Of a stretch of DNA of 64,000 nucleotides, positions 51,573 through 64,000 are shown piece by piece. The translations under genes were made by a program, and so were the position numbers. Positions within the stretch are counted from its first letter, which is position 1. Every line of letters starts with the position of its first letter. The notes under the pieces were generated by a model that saw nothing but the letters and a program-made list of their open reading frames with translations, had not been told where the DNA came from and did no database searches. Source of the stretch: Chrysomallon squamiferum (lineage: Eukaryota; Animalia; Mollusca); assembly GCA_012295275.1 (NCBI GenBank), contig CM022679.1, forward strand, positions 20,522,001 through 20,586,000, in the 5' to 3' direction.

Positions 51573-53005
51573 TGGCTAGTTTCTAATAGCCTCACTCTTA
51601 TGGAACTTAAAACCTTTATGTTCTGTGAACTACTTTAAAAAACAACAAAAAAAGCAACATCATTAAAACAGACTAGCTGAAATAAAATTTATTAAAACCA
51701 ACTTTTGTATGTTTTTATGTTTTTTAAATATTATACTGATGTCAGCAGAACAAGATTGGTAAAGGTGATCAGCTGACAGAATACACATAATAAATTAACA
51801 GGATATGAAATAAGACAGGCAGGTGTTCTTTGAAACAAAATTTATGAATCAAATGCATTTCACAATTTCAGTTGGTTTATCCTGTATTTTGTTGGTCATC
51901 ATCCAAACAAAATGAGAAAAATCTTTAAAACACCTGCTTTGAAATTTAATTATGTCATTTCAAATACCTACCAACTTAAAATGTGCATAAACCTAATTTG
52001 GTTTGTATGCTAGACATTTTTTTTCATTCTTTTTTAAACTAAATTTAAATAAATATAATAAAAATTGCATTAAGCCATACATGAAAATATAGAAATTATC
52101 ATCAAAATGCATTAGGTTTGCCCAACTTTTATTTTATTATAACATACTTTTCAGCTCTTTAAATTAAAATGTAATGTTTCAAAATGGAACTGCAATACAA
52201 AGACTATTTTAGTATCTTATAATAAAAAAAATAATAAAAATTTGAAACAAAATAACAAGACAGTAATAAAATTTTATTACCTTTCAAAATATACACAGTG
52301 TACAAGGACAATGTATAAAAGCTTAAATCAAGACAGAATACAGTTTATCACTGACAAACATTCAGATTCGTTTCAATCTTGAAAAGCATTTGAACAAATA
52401 AAATAAAAAATTAAAGCTTCTTAAAACATATGCAATGTGATGATAAAAAAAAAAAGTGTATTGAGACTGGTTACACATTTTGAGACCTTGGATAACAGCT
52501 GAAATTCAGAGACATGTTACATGTCTGCATAAATTAGTATTCTGTCAAAATTTTGTTCTTCATATAGTCAGAAGTCCAGAACTAAAATAATAAAATTAAT
52601 AAACTCGTCATTTTTGTAAAAATAACAAAAAAACATTTCTTTTTTCAAATTTTTAATAGTTAATTTTTATATTGTGCATTTTATATTTAAATGTGAAGCA
52701 TGTATTTAATATTATTATCAGCTGCAGGGTTTTCAGTCTTATCAAACCATATTTTACTCATCATCTAAAAGTCTGGTTAATATAATTACTATTATACTTT
52801 CTACATTAAATCTGACTATATACATGCCCCTGATATCATATCACATTTCACATAAACCAGACTTATTATGTAACCATTTTGAGAAAACAGCCATCTGGCT
52901 GGGGAAAAAAAAAAGTAATAGTAATTATAATAATAATAATCTATTTTACAAAGCAAACAAATAAAGATATATTTCTTAAACACCATTATCATTACACCTA
53001 CAACA

Positions 53006-53045
<40 letters not shown>

Positions 53046-53143
53046 TCACAAAATGTCTTAATTTTCTAACAAATAAAAAGAAAGCCTGAGGTAAGACAAG
53101 TATTTCACTAACCTAAAATACACCCAGGATTGAATCCCCAGAT

Positions 53144-53178
<35 letters not shown>

Positions 53179-55643
53179 ATGTGTGTCTTAGAATATAAAA
53201 CCAACATGAAATGAAAAGTTTAGGTTAAACTATGTTGATTTGGATTTTTCAGATTATAAAAATAACAACAAAAAATATAAAACTAGTAAATGAATGTGAA
53301 TAATGAGAATTAATTATAATGGTGATGATTATGATGATGATGATGATGATAACAACCAATACCAAATACCCAACAACTAAAAAAATATATATAAATTGCT
53401 TCAAATCACGATTAAATCACGAATAAACAAACATTTTTTTTTTAAAGTTTCAGTTTTGATTTTTCCTTTTTTAAATTTGGTTTCTAGTAAGTCATTCAAG
53501 TATACAATCAACTGTTTCAGAAACAAATCTGTATGGTGTTCAGAAAATTCACAAAGAAATAACATGTCACTAACACCATTGTTTTGAAACATGGGTGTCA
53601 CTTTAAATTTTCTGAAGAATGAAAAAATAATACAAAAAAAACAATCATTCTTTCACACATCAATTAAATATTTCAGAAGCAGACCATTATTTATTTATTT
53701 ATTTATTTTTTAATATTATTTTCTTATTTGTGAATTTGAGATATAACAAAATATTAAAATATTTTTTTACTGAGTTAAGTTTTACTGACTACCTGTAATA
53801 AAGTATGTTACTTCCTGTATAAGCTGTGCATAAATAAGTTTAAAAAAAAAAATTAAAATAAAAGATTAAAATCAAGTTACATGAATGAAAATACATTTAT
53901 ATGGAATGATTTATGTGATGTTTAGAAGGATGACACTAGACTTTTTACTGAATTTCAAATTATACTCATTTATTTACTTTTTCAAAAACTAACAAGAAAA
54001 TGGATCCAAACCAAAAAAAAATACTACTTTTTTACATTATATAAATAGGACCATTGTCACCGTATAAGCAAATAAAATGTGGCAGTATTCTGTGAAACAT
54101 TGATAAATAACATTTGCAGTAATATAATTTCTGCAGGTATTAAAACTTTTCACTGGCAGACAGAATTCAAAAGGTGTACCTTGGGAAATGAAGCACCATT
54201 TCTTTAACCAAAGCTTTTATTTAAATTCACCAATTTTTTTTTTTTTTTTTTTTTTAGAAGAACAACAAGAAACAAAAAATACAAATCCAAGTTAAAGAAT
54301 TTAAAATCAATTTTTCTGTTAGTGAAATCAGCAGGGTAAAATTTATGATTCAGAGCAAATAATTATGCACAATTCTTTTAAAGATAATACTGTTTGTCCA
54401 TTGATCTGCCACCAAACTTTGTATATGCTTTTTTAAAACAACTAAAATCTAGCCATGAAATACAATGCAATCTGTTAGTGTTATCAGAGCACATTTTTTT
54501 CTTTTAATGAAATGGTAACAAGAAAAATAAAATTCGTGTAGGTTTTCCCATGGTCACAACAGGAATTAAATAAATAAATATTTTACAAAACATGAAAAAT
54601 AACATCATTAAACAACTTGCACAAGAAATCATGAAACTGTGGTTTACATTAACATAATGCTAATTCAAAATCAAAATAGAAATTTGTGCACTGGAAAGAC
54701 AAACACAACAAATTGTAACTGAAATAATTTTTGATCTCTTTGTTATAGTTTTATACAAAATCTACTGTGAGTTGCTGCATGATGGAATGAATGAGTAAGG
54801 CATCTGAGTTTTTACATCGTTAAAGCAATAGCATATATCCTTGTTTGTTTTAAATAAAGTTATTTTGAAAAAGCTGTGTATTTTCCCAATGTGTACAGTC
54901 ACCAGCTGTCAATATTGAGCCCATTTATTAAGCCAATCACATTTAACAATATATTCTTACACAAAAAGTATTTTTTAATTTTTTTTTTATACATATTTTA
55001 AAATACACATAGTAAGAAAATTAATTATTAAATAACTAACATCAGTGTAATTTTTTTTCCACATTTTTTTTCCATATTTTACTAGACCCCACAGCCACTC
55101 ACAGAAAGTAAAACCCTGAATAATAATATTTAAAGAAAATTGAAATCTCTGAAATGTAAAGTAATGACAGATTATAGTCAAAATATACAACATGAAATTT
55201 CAGAGTTTTTTTGAGTAATTAACCAGTAATGAACACATTAATCACAGAAACATGGTAACACATTACAGCAGTGCTGATGATTCAAATTTCAAATAATAAA
55301 AATAAAAAATAGTAATAAAAAAACAAAACAACCCACAATAACCTTCAGCACATTAAAAAAGCAGATAAATCCAGAAAGGTGACAGGCAGAACAAAACTGT
55401 GCTAGAAGATCTCATTCTTCATCATCAACAATAATCCAACGTAAACGAGTCCATCTAATCCATCCAGAAGGGGTGTAAAAGTGTAGCTTTAAAAAAACCG
55501 AAACAAGACTGATGTGTATTATAAGGCTTATAGCACCAACTGGAAATTGTGGACACACTCTGCCACTTCAAAAGAAGATATGGTTCTATATGCGAGTAAC
55601 TCCAGTTTATCACAAAACGTGGAGAGGAAAGTAACATCACTAA

Positions 55644-58600
55644 TCAGGTGTGGTCATTCTTCTCATTTGAAAAATCACTAGGTTTTGCAAATTTTTCTGG
55701 ACTTGGTCTTGGTTGCTGAAATAAAAAGGAAAAAAGAAAAGAAAAGAAATAAACACAAAATCATTTTGTTGTGAAATCTAAGCCCAGTGAATGAATGGCA
55801 TCAGAATTTTAAAAGTAATTTCCATACACAGTATTTGAATGGTACCAAAGTAAGTAACAAACTAAAACAAAATAAATCAAAATTAGAAATTACAGAAGAA
55901 CAAAACAGAATATTGTAAAAACATTCTGGCCAATATGTTAATGTATTTAAATGTAACAAAAAAAAAAAAGCTCAAATAAATAAATATAAAAATATCTTAT
56001 TTCTTTTTATTTTAAAATTTATAAATATTTTGTTTCAACTTCAAGCAACATTTCTGTTATACATCTATATAAAATGCAAATAACTTACGTGGATGTTAGG
56101 ATTGGCAACAATTGGAAACATGGATGTGGAGCATCCAGGGAATAAGGCGGAGCTGTGTTGGGCTGCAGGGGCATGTGGTGGTGGGTGTGATGGTGGGTGT
56201 GCTGGGATGTGAAACTGCTGTGGAAGTGGAGGACCACATTTTCTCATGGGACTTGGTGGACTCTTGGCTGCAACATAAGTCAAACCTGGTAGGAAAAAGA
56301 GGAAATAAAATGGTGTTGGTTAAACTACTCAACAATGAACTTTTCACACCCTGACACCTGTCAGTGACTGGTTTTAATGTCATGTTTCATTCAAAGTGTG
56401 GAGATGTGAGCAAACAACGAATATAACTGTACTCTTACAAGTGTTTATTTATACAAATGTTACACCCTTTGATACATCAATCTTACCTACTTACATGCTA
56501 TTATTTCACTGGGATTCTGGGGGAGTTTTTCGTTTTTATTTTTTTTTAAACAATGATAAAGATAAAGATAATGATAATGATAATGACCATGATAATGATA
56601 ATAATAATGATAATGATAATAATGATAATCTGAGCAATTTTGGATGACCATTATAAAATTTTGTCAAAAACCTGAATAGACAGGAATTAAGAGAGGGTAA
56701 AAAGGATTATATTAATTTAAAAACTAGTAAGTTAATTTGAAAATAATAAAAAATACAAAATGCAATACTGTTAAGTATAGTGGAAAAGCAGGAATAATAA
56801 GATGATGAAAATAATGCAGAATGCTGCTATGATAATTAAGGTAAAATATGGAAAGGAAAAGAGTATATAAACCAATAAGGAAATTATGCAAAATGGTTTT
56901 AGAAAAATAACGTTAAATGTGATTAGGGCAATAATCTAAAATATGTTAAAATATGTTTTTATTTTATTATTTAGATATATTAATTATTTAAAATACATTA
57001 TTATTGCTACAATGAAAAAAGTTTACTGTAAAGATTTTCAAAAATAATTATAAAAATAAAATAAACTTAATATAATTAATACCAATACAAATAAAAATAA
57101 AAAACAAAGATGGTTCAATAAAACCCCACAGCAAGTTAAAATACTTCTCTGATTAGAAGACTGCTGTAATGAACAAACAAAGACTAACTTGGTGACAGGG
57201 GTCTTGAAGATGAAGGTGAACCGTAAGGGACAGGACTAGATACGGTTCTTGGGCGGCCACCATGACTACAGGAATCCTGCTGCTTTGTCATCTCATTAAA
57301 ATGCCTACAACAAATATGGGAACATTACAGGTGTTGAATGAAGCATTACAACATTATAAAAAAAAAGAATTATAAAAGACAAAATTGCACTTATAAAAAT
57401 GGGAAAGAATTAAATTTAATTTATTAGAATTAGGTTTAAAATATCAAGTTACAATTTTATAGTTAAAATAAGCAATTTTCTACCTTATGTCTCCTTTAAT
57501 TAAAATAAAATAGGATTTTTTTTTTTACACTTTTAGTGTTTCATATCAAAACAAATTTCAATTATATAATGAAACTGACAATTTAGTTTATATTACACAA
57601 GTCACCAGTATCTAAACATTAAATATCCTGTTTGTAAAAAGAAAAATCTGTTTTAATTTTAGATGCATTACTTAATTATTCTGTTATGCACTCATTCCTT
57701 GTCCATTCACAGTCTCTCTCTCTCTCTCTCCTTCCTTGCTTGCACTTTCTCTCTGTATCTATTTTTATGTATGTGTCTATGTATCTCTCTCTCTCTACCT
57801 CTCTATTGTTAAATGATCCATTCTTTACCTATTCATTACTAAGTATTAAAAGACAGTATTCAGAACCTCACCTTTCATCATCCATTTCCAGACTGGATTC
57901 ACTTTCTGACAAGTGTCGACAGAGATTCTCTCGCCTTTCCATTTCCAGCTGCAACCGTCTCTGTAATCGCAGATTCTCCTCACGGATGTGATGTTCCTCC
58001 TGAGCATACTGAGCCATCTTCTCCTCATCTATAAAATATTTAAACACACCAGTGATATAAAAAAGTTTAAGGTTTTGCTAAATGAGTATTTAATCATTCC
58101 TAGAAACATTGTGACTAAAACTCTTACGTTCTGTCTGAGCAGCTTTCAACTGTTCTTTGAGACGCCCAGTTTCACTCCTCAGATTGGCAATGTGCTGCAT
58201 GAGATTGTTGGCAGTGTCACCATTGTGGATATCACGTGGAGATGGAGGGGCTGATACAGGCTGATCTAGCTTTTCCTGCAGAATTCTGTACAAGATAATA
58301 CAACAAACAGATTTATATTTTCATCACCCAATTCATTCTGACTATCAAAATGGATTAACATTTAAATTACCCAGTGATCAACAATTCTGTCTAGCACTTG
58401 GATTAATATTTTATAATTATTAATTTATATTCTCTATGAAAGCTTTACGTGTGTGCATGTGTATGTGTGTGCATTTGTTAAGCTTGTAATATGTGTCGGT
58501 CTTTAAGGATATAAATAGACCTAACATTATACATAGTTAAAACAGAATGTTCAAGATTTTAATATTATTGTGGAAATACATTAAATATTCCATAGTTATA

Positions 58601-59144
58601 ATTACAAAAAATTTAATGTGTAAAATAGGAAGAAAGAATTAAACCTTTTTTCTGCCTCAAGTTTATCCATTCTCTTCCAGAGTCTGTTCACCAGAGATTC
58701 CTGTTCTTGCTCCAGCACATTTTCTAGCTCCACTTTTTCTCTTCTTAACTGGAAAATTATTTTAAAATTTTAGGATAATTTACTTATGTCAGAAACACTA
58801 TGAATTTACTATAGGGAAAAAGAAATATATAGTAATACTGCATAACATTTCATTATTAAATGAGAAACATCATAAACAATGTTTTGTTGGAGCTACATAT
58901 TTGATCATTTCAGATGTGTAGGTATATATAATTTGAATACAGCATTATGAAGGTTAATTTAAATGAACCCATTTTTCAATTTTTATTAATAAAATTTGGA
59001 AAGTGATTTTTACAAACAATACTTTAATAACAAATCATTTCCTTTCTGAAAATATAAAGCTTTTATAAGAAAGTAAATAAAACACATTTAGGACAATAGT
59101 AACAAAAAAAGAAACATAACTTTTTGTTCTATTGTCAGTTTTGG

Positions 59145-59200
<56 letters not shown>

Positions 59201-59432
59201 TAACAATATCTGAATATAAAACAATAAGGGTTTCTAAATCATTTTTCAAAAATAATTTTAAATATGTTTTTATCAAATACATAAAAACAATTCCCCCCTG
59301 CAAACATATGACAAATGGTTTTAAAAGGACATAAATATAATGCATTTAGGACAATAATTAATTAATATTATGTGTTATCATCTATAATATTAAAACACAA
59401 ATATGATGCTGTAAAGTTGAGTTATACTATTT

Positions 59433-59464
<32 letters not shown>

Positions 59465-62400
59465 GTCATTATTTTGAACTGTCCCAGAAGGTATATTTTA
59501 ACTTGTTGAGCAACCTGCTCCAGCGTCTGCTGTTTTGAGAGTGTGTCTGCCTCCAGCCTCTCAATCTTTCTCATGAGTTTGTTGATCTGATACTCCTGTT
59601 CCTTCTCCAGTGTCTGCTCCAGCTCTATCTTCTCTTGTCTCAACTGAAATAAATCAAATATATAAATAAAAATTAATGTTTGAAGGGTAGAAATAATCAG
59701 GAAGAATAAGTACATGGCATACTGGATAACAAACATAAATGAGACAAATGTTTTAGGGGTAAAGGGTTCAGTAAATTTTAAACTTTCATTAATTTTCTCA
59801 TTGTGTTAAAAACAAACTGATAATTTTCATTTGTTTACTATTGTTTATATATTAATAAAATTTGGTAATTAAGATATTCTACAGTCATACATGGTAATTT
59901 ACTAGCTGTCAATGTGTGCACTTGAAAAATCATCCCCTCCACAAAATGTACCTGTTCTGTCTGTTTACTCTTTTTTTTTAAAAACAGTTTGAAGTTTTAA
60001 AACATTTTAGTCACAGTAGAATAGAGACAAATCCACTCTGAATTTCATTTTTGAGGCTTAGAATCATGGAGTAAACATTGTTAAATCATAGCATTTACAA
60101 GGTTATGCTAAAGCATTCAACTGTATGTGCTATTTAGCAGTGTTCAATCCATAATCATCTATCTTAAAAGTGAAATCAGAATAGGCACATCTCTTAAGTT
60201 TTTAAAATATATTACTATCAATTACTAGGGAATATTTTCCATTTTTGCTAGAACTTCAAAAAGAGATGAATCCATTTCTGACATTAATATGAAAATGCGT
60301 TGGAAATTCATGAGAATTTCTTAGTCTGTTTATAAATTTTTACAAGGCAGACATTTTCAAAGAATGCAACCCAAATACTGGCTTTGTTGTTGTCAATAGT
60401 TGTTTAGTGTCATCTTACTAACATTGCCCATTAAAACTAAGTTTGTCAAAATAACATCAGGCCTACATAAGATGGCAATTACAAACTTAGTTGGTAGATA
60501 AGCTGTAATTAAGTACTTTGTAGATTTAAAGAAAACAAAAAATTGCACCTGTAATAGTTTCCTAGAAAGATCATTGGTCAGATATTCTTCTTCTTGCTCA
60601 TAGTTCATAGCCAGCATTTCTTTTTCTTTTTTCAATGCTTGGATTTTCTTCAGCAGTGTGTTACTAATAAACTCCTCTTCTTGTTCTGCTTTGGCTTGCT
60701 GTTAACAAAATTCATTTCTATGTGAATACATAATTACCTGAAAGGTTAACATTCTTTTTTCTTAATCACTTTGGTATGAAATTGTTTGGTAGATGTAAAT
60801 GTTAATTTAAAGGTGTATGGGGCATTTAGTATCAAATCACCCAATAAAATAGAAAACTGTAACCAGACTAAATCCAATACTGATAAAAATGGGTCCAGAT
60901 ATTTACTACATAAGTTTTTTTTTATCCCAAATACATGTGTATATGTACATATATATATATATATATATATCTGTAAAATTAGTAAAATTTTATTTCATTG
61001 TAAATAAAAATTCAACTAAAACTAGTCGTAACACAATAAGATGAAGGAAGGAGTGTTCTCTCTCAAGTTATTTTCTAAAGGATTACACTTTTTGTGATGT
61101 AGTTTTGAATATTTTTCTAATAACTGAAGTGATATTTTGTAAATTTAAAAAACCTCTTAGCCTAACGGAGAAAACCCAACATATACATATATATATATAT
61201 GGGTAGTGATTTTCTGCTTTCAAAAACTGACAATTCCATTTACACAATGTCTGTATGGAATTAGATTTTGTTTCCATCTTCAGAAGTTAGATAAGGCTTC
61301 TGAATTGCTATGCATTTTCAGTAGAAATAAAGGTACAAATATTACATTATATATATCTTATATATAACTGATTTTTTTAAAATTAATTTCGATCTAGTTT
61401 ATACCATTATGCCTTTTATTGTAATTCAGTAGCCCTAACATGTCATAAGTGGAATGGTTTTGTAAACAATTTACAGCTATTCATTTCAGTTAGAAAGCAA
61501 GATAACTTTTTTTTGATTTGGTTGGCCCATTTTCAATGTTTGATGAAAACATTAAGTACTGGAATGTAATAGTTAATTTATATGAAGTGTACACATGTAT
61601 TTTTGCATCTGTATAACTGAATTAGCCAAATGAACAAAGTAAACCAAGCTCAGTGACAAAAACAAAAATGAAGCCAATGACGTACTGAAATGCGTGTTTA
61701 CATTTTGTCACTGTAACTTCATCTGTTGTGCCTTTATGGTTCAAATCATCAAGTAAGCAGAAGAACACTGTATATATTTATTAATAAACAAATAAATCTG
61801 AATTCCATTCGCAGAAAATCAGTACCCATGAATATAATTAATGATATTGATAATAATAATAATAATAAAAAAATATGATAATAAAAATTAAAAAAAAATA
61901 GTTGTAGATACCTGTTTCCACATCTGTTATTTGGAATGCCCTTTATTTCTAAGTTAATATTTTAATTTTATAACAATAAAACTTTGTAGTTGTTTTTGGT
62001 CGTGATGCACATGCACAAATATACTAGCCGACCTAATATAACAGATGTTTCACCGAGTTTCCTAAAGTACTGTAATGTAGTGTGCACAAAATAAATAAAA
62101 CACTTAACAGTAACATTTGATGTAATGATAGTATTCTTGTTTGAGTATATCAAACGATAAATTAAATATTATCAAAAGGGCAGACAGTTAGAACCCAATG
62201 GACAAATTGTGTGCCTACAAACTATCTGGAGGACAAAATATCCTTGGAGGAATCATCCATTTGACAGACTGTCTAGAAATCAGTGCATTATGCATTTATA
62301 AACTTGATTCAATATTTTCTTTATTTGCAAGGCTAGTATGTAAGGGGAAAAAAAAAAAAAAAAAAATTCCATCAACAATGTATTATTTTGAGCAGAAAAT

Positions 62401-62751
62401 TTTATTATTTTTATTTTTTTAAATAAAATGTAAGAATGATCTGAATTTCCATACATATAAATACATTAGTAATAGTGTATGTATTAGTCACAGCTAAAAA
62501 CAGATGTATGAATATTATTATTAACTTACAATGGACACACTAGCTCTTCTCAGCTCTTTGTTTTCTTCTTGTAGCGATTTACATTTTAATTTGTAAGTCT
62601 CTAACTCCATCTTTAACACTCTATTTTCTTGCTGGAGAGATTCTATCCTTTTCTGAAGCTGCTCTAACTGGGCTGGTGATGGAGGCTTCATGGTAGAACC
62701 GCCATCCATAGAGCTGGTATCGCTCTCAAATTCACTGGCGCTATCCGCCAT
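55644..62751 (-). CDS. CCDC6: Coiled-coil domain-containing protein 6, 9 coding exons
   Basis: Exons: 62751-62530, 60698-60549, 59643-59515, 58748-58645, 58285-58128, 58028-~57872, ~57303-57190, ~56284-56089, ~55714-55644. Translation includes [114 protein letters not shown] and PSPEKF. Confidence 0.96.
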
Positions 62752-63763
62752 TGTAGTACAATGGAAACTAATGAACAACGTGCTAACGACTTCTTCGATA
62801 TGGATAAATAACCAAATCGCGTGACTTACCGTTGTCAGATATTCAGTGAACTAAGACAATACGAAAGTGTCTATTAAAAAATAATGACAATTTTTTTATA
62901 AAATATTCAGTTGTTTGTTTGTCAACAAAATAAATCGACCTTGATGTCGACATGGAAGTAATCGGAAGCAGTAATTGTATTCACAGAACAGAATAATAAA
63001 AAACTCCAGTTATAATAAAATTAATGCAAAGTTTCAAATGACAACGAAAAATAATTTAGATATAACATCAAATGAAACAATTTATAAGGCACTTCTTAAT
63101 GGTGTTATGGAATGTATCTAATTTTAGCCACATAAAATGCAAGGACTGATCCCCTAAGTCCGGAAGTAGAGTTTTACGGGGTGAAAGGTCAATGTTTTAA
63201 GTATTGAAGAATTGCAGCGAATTTTTTGAACTTTTATAATCAAAGCGTTATCGGTTGGTTAACGGAACAAGTTACCACGAGAGATAACTCTAAAACAAAG
63301 TACATTATCTGCATTTTTCTTCCTTTTTAAATAGAGCATCACTCTGTAATAAGCTGTAACCGTGCATGACAATAATTACTTGTTGCAGATTATTATTAGT
63401 TAACGTTTAATTGAAATAAAAAGAGAGAAAAAGAATAAACCAGTTTGTTTATGAATGTGAAGACGATTTCTACACAAACATTATTATTATTTTTAAAAAT
63501 AATGTAATCTTCTTTAATATTCTACTTTCTAGCTTGAAATTTATATCAGTGACATTTGGACAAATCTTCGAAACGTGCCATGACTCGTAAATTCAAATAA
63601 AAAATATTTCTTGGAATTTTCCTTTCATTTATTCTTTTGATGCTAGAACAAATATAAAGATATTCATATGAAATCTGACACTGATAGGTCGTTCTTGGCT
63701 TGTCAAATTAACAAATTTATTCTTTTTGAATCATACAGATGATAGTCTCTTGGTTATTTTAAA

Positions 63764-63976
63764 TCAAGGGAGGTAAGTAGAAAGAAAGAAGTTATTATTA
63801 TTATTATTATTTTAATAATAATATATTTCGGCTACAAATGCATTTAAAACAGAAATTGGCGAAATAAGTCATATATTAATAAAATTTTATGATTAAACAG
63901 TTTATAAACTTTTAAAAATAAAAATATAACGTGAACACGTGCATTTTCGAAACCACTTTCTGCTTACCTCCCTTGA
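63764..63976. mobile_element. Unclassified MITE with TIR TCAAGGGAGGTAAGYAGAAAG; related partial copy at about 8170-8280
   Basis: TCAAGGGAGGTAAGTAGAAAG (63764) and CTTTCTGCTTACCTCCCTTGA (ending 63976) are inverted. The internal CAGAAATTGGCG..AAGTCA and the right TIR recur at 8219-8275. Flanks are TTAA-like. Confidence 0.7.
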
Positions 63977-64000
63977 TTAAGAATGCGCTAATGTGAGCTG

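Noticed and set aside
56096-56383. Overlapping ORFs at 56.1-56.4 kb
   Set aside because: Alternative frames and the antisense strand of the Pro-rich CCDC6 exon 8.
62768-62829. Possible short 5'UTR intron of CCDC6 (donor CG|GTAAGT at 62829)
   Set aside because: Acceptor ambiguous and the intron would be only 47-62 nt; cannot be supported without transcripts.

Overview
AT-rich, microsatellite-rich, intron-dense animal genomic DNA. It is invertebrate, probably lophotrochozoan/molluscan; the taxon is inferred, not proven. I reconstructed five spliced genes by hand: (1) a PARP12/ZC3HAV1(ZAP)-like CCCH-WWE-PARP gene (- strand, running off the left edge), (2) FIGNL1 (+, 17 coding exons), (3) RPS9/uS4 (-), (4) SGSM3/RUTBC3 TBC-SH3-RUN (+) and (5) CCDC6 (-). 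Several DNA-transposon MITEs and remnants (mariner, Tigger/pogo, hAT-like) are also present. The strongest unexplained signals are: two intact, diverged, same-phase copies of the SGSM3 last exon followed by decayed copies; PTC-containing cassette exons and RNA structure in RPS9 introns, suggesting AS-NMD autoregulation; an apparent frameshifting deletion in the second WWE exon of the ZAP-like gene, with an ISRE-like motif upstream; and a phase-compatible candidate alternative first coding exon for SGSM3. Exon boundaries come from reading GT-AG sites, frame phases and remembered homology, with no transcript data.
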